Counted from the first letter of the stretch, positions 27,354 through 37,025 are shown. The stretch: 60,847 nucleotides of DNA from a virus (IMGVR_UViG_3300034137_000025:1-60847); one strand, 5' to 3'. A program made the numbers and translations. Notes: generated by a model from the letters alone, not told the origin.

Positions 27354-27746
27354 ATGACCGAGCCAACAAATCCAAACGCTGCAATCGTTATCGTTCAACC
27401 TGCTGCCCAAGCCACTTTCTCCAAAACAACAATGGCCAAAGTGCGGCTGACTCAGCAGCATCTCACCGACACCAAGGCGAGCATGATTAATGACATGTCT
27501 ACCCAGCGACTTAGCCCACAGGCCATGTTTGAGAAAATTGATCAGTTGCAGAAGATTCAGGTCAGCCTTGATGCGGTAGCTGGCGCCGTTGAGGAAACCG
27601 TTCCTGAAGTTTTTACTGATGAGGATGCGGTAGGTATGCGCACCCTCAAGAAGGAGCATGACCTCACCGACGTCGAGCTCGCCAAGCTCTACGACACCAA
27701 CCAAAGCAAAGTGAATCGGTTGCTCAACAGCCCTATCAAGAGCTAA
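27354..27746 (+). CDS. Antisense moron with a C-terminal HTH-like motif
   Basis: LTDVELAKLYDTNQSKVNRLL; AT-rich upstream region. Confidence 0.6.
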   Translation: MTEPTNPNAAIVIVQPAAQATFSKTTMAKVRLTQQHLTDTKASMINDMSTQRLSPQAMFEKIDQLQKIQVSLDAVAGAVEETVPEVFTDEDAVGMRTLKKEHDLTDVELAKLYDTNQSKVNRLLNSPIKS

Positions 27747-28827
27747 TTCCTGCCCGCTCGAACGCCAGCGGCTCAAGTGAGCGCATCTGGTCGAGGGTCA
27801 AAGGTGAAAAGTTGCGGTCGAGTTGTAGCTCCGAGAACCGTTCGACAGTCAGCCCGCCATCACGAAACAGTTTCGCGCGGACCGGGCCAATGGCCTGATT
27901 TTGAAATGCTGCCGGCTGCTCTTTAAGCCAGTCGTAATACGTGAGCCCTGCCGACACCTGTCCGCCGCCATTCGGGCCGACTGATGCACGCGTGGCGTCC
28001 TTGCTGAATAGCGCAGTGAAGCGAGTGACGGCCACCACCGTGGATCGGCAGTTAATATGCAGTGGCGGGCGCGGACCGACACCTAGCTTGAAGCGCCTTC
28101 CATCAAGCGATCGGCATTGAGTGGTCGTTTTGTTGTCCAGCGTCGAGACCCAATCGACCTCCTCGACAATGTCTGGGTTCACCTTGAATGTCTCCAGTCG
28201 CGCTTGAGTGGCTACGTGCTGAACTGCGGTACGCACAATCGCGCCCGCATTACGGTCCGTCGTCGCAAGGATGCCGTCGGCATATCCCAGCGCTTTCGTC
28301 CCGCGAACAGTCTTGATGATCTGGAAGTTCGTCTGGCCTTCGAAAAAGCCCTGCCTAATCGCGCCAGTGATGCGCTGACGCTCAGTTGATGTCCAGCCAT
28401 CGATAAAGGCTTGAAGCAGCTTTCCGCCATCTGCGCCGCGCACGCTGAGCGGGTTGGTGAAGATGGCCGCCCGGATCACGGTTGCCCCCGGCAGGATCGC
28501 ATTGAACGAAGCTCCAGCCGGCGCCGTAGTGGTCAGGCTAGTAGCTTCGAACTGGGCCTCGTAGCTCGCGATATCTACCAGGTCGAGCGTCAGTTGCCCG
28601 CTGTATTTATCAAAGATGCCCAGCAGCAGGCTATCAACGCCTGCCAGCAGCGCGGTCAAGCGCTTCAGGTTGTAGTCGGTAATGTCGGCCTTGGTCAGTT
28701 GCTCGCGAACGCTACGGTCGATTTCTTTGAGAAATGGGGCGAATTTCTTCACCTCGCCCGCTTTCAGTTGCTCAAGAAATACCGCGTGCCGAACGGTTGC
28801 GTCATACAGCGCCTGGCTTGCTGCCAT
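27736..28827 (-). CDS. Minor head / head morphogenesis protein (SPP1 gp7, Mu F-like)
   Basis: VRTA, WVSTLDNKTTTQCRSLDG, PPLHINCRS. Confidence 0.9.
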   Translation of the reverse strand: MAASQALYDATVRHAVFLEQLKAGEVKKFAPFLKEIDRSVREQLTKADITDYNLKRLTALLAGVDSLLLGIFDKYSGQLTLDLVDIASYEAQFEATSLTTTAPAGASFNAILPGATVIRAAIFTNPLSVRGADGGKLLQAFIDGWTSTERQRITGAIRQGFFEGQTNFQIIKTVRGTKALGYADGILATTDRNAGAIVRTAVQHVATQARLETFKVNPDIVEEVDWVSTLDNKTTTQCRSLDGRRFKLGVGPRPPLHINCRSTVVAVTRFTALFSKDATRASVGPNGGGQVSAGLTYYDWLKEQPAAFQNQAIGPVRAKLFRDGGLTVERFSELQLDRNFSPLTLDQMRSLEPLAFERAGISS

Positions 28828-30265
28828 TCGAATTCACTCCAGTCGTGTCATCGAGACCAAGGCCGGAAGCGCTGGTTTCAAGCTCGCCGCGAATGCTGTC
28901 GTCGTCCTTTTCGGGATTAATGACACCGCGATCACGTAAGTAGCGCCAGAATTCGGACTCAGGAAGCAATCCGCCGCGAACAGCGTTGAATAGTTGAGCG
29001 ACGATATTCGCGTCCAAACTGACCTGCGTGAAGTCTTGGTTGAGCTTGTAAATCGGCTCGCCAGTGGCATTCGTGAAGGCGGCCATCCAGACAAGGCATT
29101 GGCAATAACCTTCGCTGACGTTGCTTACCACCAAGGACAGCACGCTGTGCTCGGCTGCGCTGTCGTTGTCGGCCTGGGTGGCAGTCTTCACCGCACTACC
29201 CCGCTCGATCAGCCGGGCGCCAAGGGCAATCATCTGCGTTTCCTTGGTGTCCATGGCCTCCTTGGCTACGGTGTTCGGCTGAGCCTGCATCAACCCGCAG
29301 GCGCCATTAACTGGTAGCAGCCAAGGTGCCCGGGCACCGAGGTAGATTCCGGTCTTCTCCAGGTGATCGCGCCAATGCTCGTCCAGGCCGGACATCCACG
29401 GTTGCGGCTGGCCAACCAGGTAAGCGGCTTCCTCGTAGTCGGCGCTGTTGCGGTAATGGCCGATATTGACTTCCGCCATGTCGTACAACGGAGAGTCATC
29501 GATGCTGGTGTCGTTGTTCTCACTGCCAAGGAATTGAAACGGGATTGATCGCCACGACTGGCCTGAGCCATCCAGAGGCGCAAAAGGCGCGACCCTCATA
29601 TTGGTAGCGCTACTGCCCTCCTCCCATACCTCTTGGGTGTAAACGCCGCCTTGATCTAGGCGCAGCACGCGAAACTGAACCACCTGCTCACTGCCGAATC
29701 CGTCATCTGTGTCGACGTCGACCGTCTCGCGCAACACAACCAGACTCAAGAGGCGCTGCCCACCAACTTGGCGAGTTTTCCAGTTGATGATTGCCTCGGC
29801 CGGGTAGCTTGAAATGCTTGCCCGTGCGCGGCCAGCCTGTTCGTCTGCCTTGCTAACCGTGCCCGCTTCGACAGCGGCGTAATCTACCAGTAGACCGTGA
29901 CGGCCAACTTCGAGCAGGTGCCCGACTACCGACTGCGACTGCTGATAAATACTCACACCCTGCCCGTCTACGTCCTTCGATACGTAGTCAAGCGCACCCG
30001 GAACGGTCAGCGTTGGCCATGTGCGGAACACCGCACCCACAAGACTGTGCTTTGTTCTGCCCGTAGCGTTGTAGAAGACTGCGCGCTTCTTGTAAGCCTC
30101 GTAGCGCTCTCTGTTGTCCTGAGTGGTATCAGCGGCATTCGGCCTTGGCAGGTAGTGATCACCAGATGCCTTGATAGCTTCCGAGCCTTTACAGACGTCA
30201 CGCACCAAGCGCCAGCGGTATCGCGCCGCTTTGTACTCGGGGCGGGTAAAAGTGACGTCCGTCAT
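28802..30265 (-). CDS. Portal protein (DUF4055-like)
   Basis: YLPR, RAVFYNATGRT, GHYRNSADYE; follows terminase. Confidence 0.88.
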   Translation of the reverse strand: MTDVTFTRPEYKAARYRWRLVRDVCKGSEAIKASGDHYLPRPNAADTTQDNRERYEAYKKRAVFYNATGRTKHSLVGAVFRTWPTLTVPGALDYVSKDVDGQGVSIYQQSQSVVGHLLEVGRHGLLVDYAAVEAGTVSKADEQAGRARASISSYPAEAIINWKTRQVGGQRLLSLVVLRETVDVDTDDGFGSEQVVQFRVLRLDQGGVYTQEVWEEGSSATNMRVAPFAPLDGSGQSWRSIPFQFLGSENNDTSIDDSPLYDMAEVNIGHYRNSADYEEAAYLVGQPQPWMSGLDEHWRDHLEKTGIYLGARAPWLLPVNGACGLMQAQPNTVAKEAMDTKETQMIALGARLIERGSAVKTATQADNDSAAEHSVLSLVVSNVSEGYCQCLVWMAAFTNATGEPIYKLNQDFTQVSLDANIVAQLFNAVRGGLLPESEFWRYLRDRGVINPEKDDDSIRGELETSASGLGLDDTTGVNSNGSKPGAV

Positions 30266-31584
30266 CGGGCGAATCCCATTTTGATTGAGGTGACGATCGT
30301 TTTGATCGGATAGCGCTTGGCGATGAAGTAGCCAGCGGCGTCGTTCATGTGGTCGTGCCCCTTTTTCGGGTCCTTGTCTGGCTCGCCCTTGTCCGTGTAG
30401 GTCTGGCGCTCCAAGCACTGCACAAGCTGCGGGCACTGGTCAGGGTTGACCTTGAGGCGTCGCTCGCCGTAGCTGTTCAGGAACATGGCGTTCAGGGCGT
30501 TGACCCGATCTTTAACGCCGGGGTTGGTCGAATCCACGATGACGGTGAATCCGGCCTTCTTCAGCAGGGATAGATCCGACTCACTGGCATTCTTGCTGCT
30601 GGTGTTCTGGCCGCTGGCATCCGGATAGACCGTGATGCCGTGCGCAGGGAAGCGTGCTTGAATCCTTTCGATCATGTCTGGCGTGTCGCGAACGGTGTGC
30701 AGTTCATCCAGAGCCAGTGGCAAGCCGTCGCGGATCACGTAGACCACGGCGCTCATCTTCATGACGTTGAAGTCCATGCCGATGTGAAGCTGTTCGCCCG
30801 GTTTGATTCGTTCGGCTGTACTGCAATCGGCGCGGTTGAACGTGTAATAAACGACGCCCTGGTAATTCTCGAAACTGGCTTCGTACTCTTGCCGGAATGT
30901 CCGGGGGTCCATCTTGCGACGGGCCGCCTCGATCTCTTCTGATGGGACGTTGCCGCCATCGAGCGAGGTGTAAAGCCAGCTACGGTGATCAGGTTCATGG
31001 CCTGGCTTGCCGTCCTGAAAGGTGTCGTAGCAGTGGTTGAAGCCTTTCGGGGTGCCGATGCGCAGTGCATGGCCGCCCTTCCTGACTTCACCTGTCGGTA
31101 GCGTGTAGGTGCAGGTCGAAAGCATCGGCCTGATGACTTCTTCCCACGCGGCGTATTTGCAGTCTGCCCACTCATCCACAAGGATGAAGAACAGGCCGGA
31201 GCCGCGCAGGTCGTCGTAGTTCTCAAGGCCCACGCAGCGCATTAAGTGACCACTTTTCAGGGTGATCAGCATGTCTGTTTCGTTTGGCTTGCTCGCCATC
31301 CATGATTTCGGGATGGCTTGCTTCAGTCGGCGCCAGAACACCCGGCGCGCTTGCTTCTGTGTCGGAGCGGCGTACCAAATTTCATCCTCGACGCTAACAT
31401 TCCACTCAGAAGCGAGCTTTGCGGCGCGGCGCATCTCAGCCTTGCCGAGGAATGTCTTACCGAACCGGCGACCACACACCGCATCACGAAAGCGCGCGTC
31501 AGGCTGGAAACCCCAGCAATAGATGTTTGCCTGTTTCGGTGTTAACGCGATCAACACATCAGAGATACGGGCTGGCAGGGACAT
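30262..31584 (-). CDS. Terminase large subunit
   Basis: GRRFGKT Walker A, LVDE Walker B, GMDFN, DHMNDA. Confidence 0.95.
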   Translation of the reverse strand: MSLPARISDVLIALTPKQANIYCWGFQPDARFRDAVCGRRFGKTFLGKAEMRRAAKLASEWNVSVEDEIWYAAPTQKQARRVFWRRLKQAIPKSWMASKPNETDMLITLKSGHLMRCVGLENYDDLRGSGLFFILVDEWADCKYAAWEEVIRPMLSTCTYTLPTGEVRKGGHALRIGTPKGFNHCYDTFQDGKPGHEPDHRSWLYTSLDGGNVPSEEIEAARRKMDPRTFRQEYEASFENYQGVVYYTFNRADCSTAERIKPGEQLHIGMDFNVMKMSAVVYVIRDGLPLALDELHTVRDTPDMIERIQARFPAHGITVYPDASGQNTSSKNASESDLSLLKKAGFTVIVDSTNPGVKDRVNALNAMFLNSYGERRLKVNPDQCPQLVQCLERQTYTDKGEPDKDPKKGHDHMNDAAGYFIAKRYPIKTIVTSIKMGFAR

Positions 31585-32050
31585 CTTCGTCAGGCCTCAG
31601 CACGTATTCAGCGGCAGGCTCGGCACCCGCCTCTGATCCAGGGGGCTTGATTGGGTCAAGGCGGCGATTCATGTAGACGTCCCCTACCTCTTTGGCGGCC
31701 TGCTCCAATAGCTGGGCAGTCAAAGCCATGTTCTTCATGTTCTCGGCTTTCTCAGCCATTCTCCCAAGCGTTCGAAGCCGGAAGGCTCTGTTGGCTATCG
31801 GGATGTCGGCGGTCTCTTCTCTGAATCGTCTACGGGCGTCATGGAATAGCTCAACCCACTTTGCGCCCAGCCCTCGACCGGCAAACTTGGTCGGGTCGTG
31901 GGATTCGCACTGCTGGCGAGTTATTTCCATCCCGAATTCAGTCTTGACCGATGCAACCACTTGAGATGGCGTATCAAAGCAGGCCAGAGCCTGAACGATG
32001 AAGGCTTTGACCTCGCTTCGTAGTACCGCCATAGGGTTCTCATCCGTCAT
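31559..32050 (-). CDS. Terminase small subunit (DUF2280-like)
   Basis: FIVQALACFDTPSQV and LLEQAAKEVG. Confidence 0.8.
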   Translation of the reverse strand: MTDENPMAVLRSEVKAFIVQALACFDTPSQVVASVKTEFGMEITRQQCESHDPTKFAGRGLGAKWVELFHDARRRFREETADIPIANRAFRLRTLGRMAEKAENMKNMALTAQLLEQAAKEVGDVYMNRRLDPIKPPGSEAGAEPAAEYVLRPDEDVPASPYL

Positions 32051-32065
32051 AACCTGTCATGAAAG

Positions 32066-32689
32066 TCAGGCCGACTTGAGCAGACAGGTTCCGCAGGCCC
32101 TCGAAATGTTTAATTTGCCGACCTCCGCAGGTTTGTTTGCTGCATCCACCAGAGCTTGAACGTCTGGGCTCGCACCGTAGCGGCGAACCACTCCGACGAA
32201 CTCTTCGACGTCATGGCCGCGCATCTCAAGCTTGGGCAGACCTTCCTGCGTGAACTTGGGAGCGCCATATCCATCCTTTGCCTGGGCAATGTGGTACAGC
32301 TCATGCTCAACCAGAGCGCAGAAGTCGATATCGGGGCACTGAGCGCAGTAGTCGGCTGCCAAGGTGATGATGTAGGTGGGCACACATCCGAACCAGTCGA
32401 ACATCTGCTGCTCCATCCGAGCCTTCTGCCACCCTCCTGCTCGGAAGGCGACTTGCTCAGCTTGGCCCAATACAGTGCGGCCCTGCTTGTTGAAGCTGGA
32501 TGATGCCCACATCACACGGATGTCAGCGTCGATCAGGTGAGCGTGATCTGGGTTGTGAATACTGCCGGTATCGGCAAGGACCTCTGCTTGTATCCACTCC
32601 CACACTTCAGGCGCAGGAGTCAGGCGAAGACCGAAAGCGGATGGATCGAGAATCCCGAGCGGCAATATTGAAGGAAATGGCCTAGTCAT
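32066..32689 (-). CDS. Putative phage metallopeptidase
   Basis: HELYH and HDVEEF motifs. Confidence 0.85.
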   Translation of the reverse strand: MTRPFPSILPLGILDPSAFGLRLTPAPEVWEWIQAEVLADTGSIHNPDHAHLIDADIRVMWASSSFNKQGRTVLGQAEQVAFRAGGWQKARMEQQMFDWFGCVPTYIITLAADYCAQCPDIDFCALVEHELYHIAQAKDGYGAPKFTQEGLPKLEMRGHDVEEFVGVVRRYGASPDVQALVDAANKPAEVGKLNISRACGTCLLKSA

Positions 32690-32747
32690 ATTGGCACCCA
32701 AAGAAAACCCCGCACTTGGCGGGGCTCGTTATACCTGAAGGTCGCTC

Positions 32748-33209
32748 TCAGCCCGCGCCAATGGAATAGATCAACGCCAGGCCAAGCGCGACAAGGGCCT
32801 CATCTGCTTCACGGCGGAAGCGAGTGTGATCAATCGAGGGGTTAGTCAGTGAGTCGCCTTGGTATACCTTTCCGTCTGCAGTGATCCGGATCGACCAGAC
32901 GACTGGGTATTCGGTTTTCAGAGATAGACTGAGTTTCTCTTTGCGGATCAAAAGCCGGCCATATACCCCCTCATCGCCTACAGCTAAAACAAGATCTGCT
33001 CTCCCGTTGCCGAAAGGGGTTTTGATTAAGTATCCGCTATCGTCGGCTTGCTCGATCGAAGTGCCCCAGCACTCCGTGGGCACCCGTTCTGCAAACAAAG
33101 ACTTCAGGCGCTCCATCACCTTCACTGCCATACCCGCAACTAGCTGGGTATCATTTACTGAACGCCGAACCTGATCGAATTGCTTTTCCGTTACAGGTAG
33201 AAATTCCAT
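32748..33209 (-). CDS. Hypothetical moron between the spanins and packaging genes
   Basis: ~150-aa ORF with lower GC, followed by a terminator. Confidence 0.6.
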   Translation of the reverse strand: MEFLPVTEKQFDQVRRSVNDTQLVAGMAVKVMERLKSLFAERVPTECWGTSIEQADDSGYLIKTPFGNGRADLVLAVGDEGVYGRLLIRKEKLSLSLKTEYPVVWSIRITADGKVYQGDSLTNPSIDHTRFRREADEALVALGLALIYSIGAG

Positions 33210-33290
33210 TTGCACCATCCTGCTCAATTTGAAGCAGCAGTATGCATCACCTCGCGCCACGAAACGGCGCATCTGAAAACGTGGCGCGGA

Positions 33291-33566
33291 TTACTTGCTC
33301 TTGCTGCGCACGATCTGGGCGTCCACCTGATCGGCGCACGTATCGAGCAGGTTCACCGCCCGATCCTTCAACGCCCAGAGGTCGCCATTCAGGGCAAGGT
33401 CATCCTCGCTCTGGGTGATCCGCTCACAGGGGATCAGCTCAGGGGGTTCGAGCCTTACTGCTGTTGTCTTTACCACCATTGGCTGCGGGCTTCCCGCGCA
33501 GGCCGTCAGGCAGAGGCTGATCAGCCCACTTGCGAACAGCCGGACTCTTACGCTTGAGGTCTTCAA
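33291..33566 (-). CDS. o-spanin (Rz1/LysC-like lipoprotein)
   Basis: Lipobox LTAC; NGDL...LDTCADQVD; overlaps the i-spanin. Confidence 0.85.
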   Translation of the reverse strand: MKTSSVRVRLFASGLISLCLTACAGSPQPMVVKTTAVRLEPPELIPCERITQSEDDLALNGDLWALKDRAVNLLDTCADQVDAQIVRSKSK

Positions 33567-33837
33567 AGTCTTTCCTTGCCTTCAGGGCTTTCTGTTCGCT
33601 GTCTTTGAGGCGCTTGCTCAGATCGGCCTGATAATCGGCATTGCGTTTGGCTTCAGCCCGCAGCGTGGTGATCGTCGCCTGGCTCGCTTCATTGGCTTCC
33701 ACCGCGTCCGTCTTGGCCTTGGTTTCAATGCTGACCTTGCCTTCGAGCGCGAGGACCCGGTACTGCTGAATCCCCACCAACAGAACGCCGACGAGGGCGA
33801 TCACGACGGCAAGCGCAATCGCTTTCAATGTGCTCAT
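33439..33837 (-). CDS. i-spanin (Rz/LysB-like)
   Basis: N-terminal TM, coiled coil, WADQPLP. Confidence 0.85.
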   Translation of the reverse strand: MSTLKAIALAVVIALVGVLLVGIQQYRVLALEGKVSIETKAKTDAVEANEASQATITTLRAEAKRNADYQADLSKRLKDSEQKALKARKDFEDLKRKSPAVRKWADQPLPDGLRGKPAANGGKDNSSKARTP

Positions 33838-34160
33838 GGAGAATCTGCCTTTCGCCCGAGAAACTTGATGATCAGCTCTCTGATCGCCGTGACCCCAACG
33901 AAGCCAATGGTCCCGCCAGCGGCGACCGACAGGCTCGGAGGCCAGGCCATCCATTCAATGACGCTACTGGCTGACAGACTCAGCGAACCGCAGATAAGCG
34001 CCTCAAGGACGATCCGCCATTTGTTCGCTTCCTTGGCTTCATAGAGGACACGCAGCAGCGAGACAGTGGTCGCCATGATCGCGCCCAGCCATAGCGGCGT
34101 ACTGATGATGAGGTACAGCTGCGCCCAGAAATCAGGATTCTTTTCTGGCATGGACTTCAT
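33834..34160 (-). CDS. Lambda-family holin with dual-start motif MKSM
   Basis: MPEKNPDFW, EALICG, GGTIGFVGV; three TM segments. Confidence 0.9.
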   Translation of the reverse strand: MKSMPEKNPDFWAQLYLIISTPLWLGAIMATTVSLLRVLYEAKEANKWRIVLEALICGSLSLSASSVIEWMAWPPSLSVAAGGTIGFVGVTAIRELIIKFLGRKADSP

Positions 34161-34303
34161 CCGGTGTCCTCCCTTTGGGGAGCTGTAAACAAGAAAGCCC
34201 CAGCAAATGCCGAGGTTCGTAATGGGCGGCATAGAGAAAGTCTATGAATTTTTTGGCTGAGCATTAGATCGGTTTAGAGACATTGTCATTCAGAGAAAAG
34301 GCT

Positions 34304-34528
34304 ATGCCACTAGAACACCACTACCGGATCGATTACCTGTTACACGGCACTTGCAAATCTTTCTACGTCCGCGCTGCAACCATGAGCAATGCGGAAGCGT
34401 GGCATTGGGCGACATTAGACGCTGGTATCGGCCAGATTCCCAAGTACCGCACCGATCCGGTGCCCAAACTGAGCAAGCCTCAGGCCGAGCGGTTTGGACT
34501 CACCAACGTTGAATGGGTACTAACCTGA
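34304..34528 (+). CDS. Small conserved-looking hypothetical protein
   Basis: 74 aa, AWHWA..DAG motif, AAAGG RBS. Confidence 0.65.
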   Translation: MPLEHHYRIDYLLHGTCKSFYVRAATMSNAEAWHWATLDAGIGQIPKYRTDPVPKLSKPQAERFGLTNVEWVLT

Positions 34529-34767
34529 TTGGCGCGTTCGTTCTCGCTACCGATGATCGCCGCCGCGGAGGGGCTGGAGGCGGCACTTGCCAGCGTTTAG
34601 TTGTATAGAGTGATGCGGGGTAGCGAGAGGAAAATCCCCGCATTGTTGCCTGCGCAACGAATGGCTCAGTGCACCTTCACGCCGGTCATCGGAACCGCCG
34701 AACCGTGCATTGCAGAGAACTCAGAGCAGCCTCATAGTGGCAAATTTACATCACAGAGACATGCACC

Positions 34768-35079
34768 ATGCCGTGGCAGCGTTCAGACAACAAACGTTAT
34801 TCAGGGAAGCTCGACAGCATCTTCGTATCGATCTTTGAGGCCTGGGATGCTGAACATTTTATTGATCAATATCTCGACCTACGTGGATACAAGGTTAATG
34901 ACACAAACCGCGACCTCGTCGCCCTACGGCTCGAGGCTGTCCCTGGACGTCCTCCCTATCGGGCGCACCAATTGGTCGAATGGTTGGATGAGCAATACAA
35001 GATGGTCAGCCGAGGAGCAGCCGACCATTCCATAATTGACACCCCAACCCTCGGCCCCGTGCTCTCAGTCGGGCTATGA
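34768..35079 (+). CDS. Hypothetical moron protein
   Basis: 103-aa ORF with plausible composition. Confidence 0.5.
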   Translation: MPWQRSDNKRYSGKLDSIFVSIFEAWDAEHFIDQYLDLRGYKVNDTNRDLVALRLEAVPGRPPYRAHQLVEWLDEQYKMVSRGAADHSIIDTPTLGPVLSVGL

Positions 35080-35426
35080 AGCTGTTGGGCCAACCGACCT
35101 CAGCCTCACAGGCCCCGTTGCGCCCCTTTCCGCACACGATCTAGCTACTCTAGGGTGTCTTTACCCCTGGCAGCGGTCAACATCAAACATGAAAGTTGGC
35201 CGCAACAGCACTCCCAGCTCAGAGCAATGGGTGTGGCGGAGCCGAAACTGCTGGGTCGCGTTGCAGTAACCCTAATTAGGTACATCCGGGAAAGCATCCA
35301 CTTGGGTAGCGGCTTTCCTCGGAGGCAGGGAGATCCTACGTATTCAACTATCCAATCAAAGCGAAAGGGTCCGCGCTAGGCAGACCCTTTTTTATGCTCA
35401 GTGAAAGAGCATTTACCTCTCTAGAA

Positions 35427-35864
35427 TCAAGGCAGTAGATCGTATGTCACGTACGCCTTGCCATCACCAGCCTGTGACAAAGCGACCCAAAGTCCTTTGC
35501 CAGCAGGAATTGTCAAAGGAAACGGGAGGCTAACAGACGCGCCAGCGTTGGAGCCCGCCGGGGCGTTGGTCCCGCGAACCGAGAGCAATACCGGCACGTT
35601 TACGGCGCTGTAGCCAGACGGCGCGGTTGCGCCCGCCGGGGCGTTGGTCCCGCGAACCGAGAGCAATACCGGCACGTTTACGGCGCTGTAGCCAGACGGC
35701 GCGGTTGCGCCCGTCGACAGAATCCCGTACGCGGCACCGACCTGCATGGTTGCAGTTCGGAGAATTGCACCATTTACGTTCTGAGCCGGAGTAAAAACAG
35801 CCTCCACTGCAGTTGTGCTGGTAGAGAAGAACTTTTCACCAATTTGTTCAGCCATTGTGTTCAC
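35427..35864 (-). CDS. Hypothetical beta-rich protein with a 26-aa tandem duplication
   Basis: Abuts the Com-like stop; GATAPSGYSAVNVPVLLSVRGTNAPA occurs twice. Confidence 0.7.
   Translation of the reverse strand: MNTMAEQIGEKFFSTSTTAVEAVFTPAQNVNGAILRTATMQVGAAYGILSTGATAPSGYSAVNVPVLLSVRGTNAPAGATAPSGYSAVNVPVLLSVRGTNAPAGSNAGASVSLPFPLTIPAGKGLWVALSQAGDGKAYVTYDLLP
35553..35713. repeat. Perfect 78-bp tandem duplication with 5-bp GCCCG microhomology
   Basis: 35553-35630 equals 35631-35708; GCCCG at 35553, 35631 and 35709. Confidence 0.92.
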
Positions 35865-36050
35865 CTATTGAGTCGAATGATTTTGTGCGGAGAATTCCGC
35901 TTTCATGTCGCTCAAAGGCGATGACTCGGGGCTCGTGGCCCTCACATGATTCAACGTCCCGCATCGGGAACATTTGATCTGGAGTTCGGTGTACTCACCC
36001 ACTCGGGCAAGAAGTCGTTTGCGTTTCCCACATCTGCAATCTTTCAACAT
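35865..36050 (-). CDS. Mu Com-like zinc-finger regulator (one Cys ligand replaced by Arg)
   Basis: CRCGKRKRLLAR...IKCSRCGTLN. Confidence 0.8.
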   Translation of the reverse strand: MLKDCRCGKRKRLLARVGEYTELQIKCSRCGTLNHVRATSPESSPLSDMKAEFSAQNHSTQ

Positions 36051-36202
36051 CTGCAATGCCTTTTGATTTCTGCTAGGCTCCGCCCCGCTCTCGCGAGAGT
36101 GAGGGGGTCTTGGCTGGCTTGCAGGCACGTTCTGCGATCTGGTGGCTTCAGGAGGTGTTCGCGCACAACCTGGAGTCGCCCTCTCTTTTTTCGCTACAAC
36201 GC

Positions 36203-36231
36203 AAAAGCCCCGATCAATGTCGGGGCTTTTT
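36203..36231. terminator. Bidirectional intrinsic terminator
   Basis: AAAAGCCCCGA-TCAATG-TCGGGGCTTTTT. Confidence 0.75.
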
Positions 36232-36327
36232 GGTTTCTGATGGGCAATAAAAAACCCCGCCGAAGGACGAGGTTTGATTGATTTGAAGGCGAATACACCC
36301 GGGAAAGTGTCCACTTTAGTAGCGACT

Positions 36328-36400
36328 TTCCCCGGAGGGACTCGAACCCACGACCGGCGACTTAGTAAGAAGCTGCTCTATCCAGCTGAGCTACGGGGCC
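36328..36400 (-). tRNA. Degenerate tRNA (Arg-like body, anticodon ACT); probable pseudo-tRNA
   Basis: TAGCTCAGCTGGATAGAGC D-arm and GGTTCGAGTCC T-arm; mismatches in the acceptor, anticodon and T stems; no CCA. Confidence 0.75.
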
Positions 36401-36516
36401 ATAAAGGCATCGGCGAACCGACAACCAAGTTATACGCCCAAACTCTTGCACCTGCAATGCCATTCTGCCATCAAAAAAAACCGGCTCGGTGGCCGGGTTT
36501 GGTCGCTCTGGTTGTT

Positions 36517-36891
36517 TTAAGAGTCCAATTGATGCAGTAGTCGCTTAACCTCGCCAGCATCAATTTCGGCATGCATACCTTCGAAAAAGGAAACAACACC
36601 GCTCCGGCCAAGAGCCTCATAAAGCTCCTCGCCCGATTCTGTTCGCTCCATGGCGCCAATGATCGACGCTCCGCCACCCAAGGAAGCAGCTGGCCGGAGA
36701 AATCCGGACTCCTGTAGCTGCTCAGAAAGCAGTTCCGCAGCATCAGAGATGTCAGGGAATGGCTGATTTGCTTCAGTGCCCGCGCGCCGCAAATCACTGT
36801 AGTAAGTGATGCCAATCAACCTAGGCATAAACGTCTGCCCACCGCCAGCAGCACCGGCTAGAAGCCGTTTCACCAGTCCCCACATTTCCAT
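36517..36891 (-). CDS. Hypothetical moron protein
   Basis: AAGGA RBS; terminator hairpins on both sides. Confidence 0.55.
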   Translation of the reverse strand: MEMWGLVKRLLAGAAGGGQTFMPRLIGITYYSDLRRAGTEANQPFPDISDAAELLSEQLQESGFLRPAASLGGGASIIGAMERTESGEELYEALGRSGVVSFFEGMHAEIDAGEVKRLLHQLDS

Positions 36892-37025
36892 GTGAAAAAT
36901 CCTTTTGAGTAGTTTGCAAAAAGCCCAGCGGTTAGGCTGGGCTTCTTGTGGTCAATTTGTGGTCAATCCCCTGTGTGCGCGGGAATGACAGGATAGAGCG
37001 ATATTGGCTCATTGGATCAGTGCCG

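Noticed and set aside
35553-35713. Possible CRISPR array or DGR template/variable repeat
   Set aside because: Two abutting identical units with no spacers, no adenine-specific differences, and no cas or reverse transcriptase gene
36328-36400. Functional tRNA-Ser(ACT) or att site
   Set aside because: No long variable arm, stems broken, and no second copy at the prophage ends
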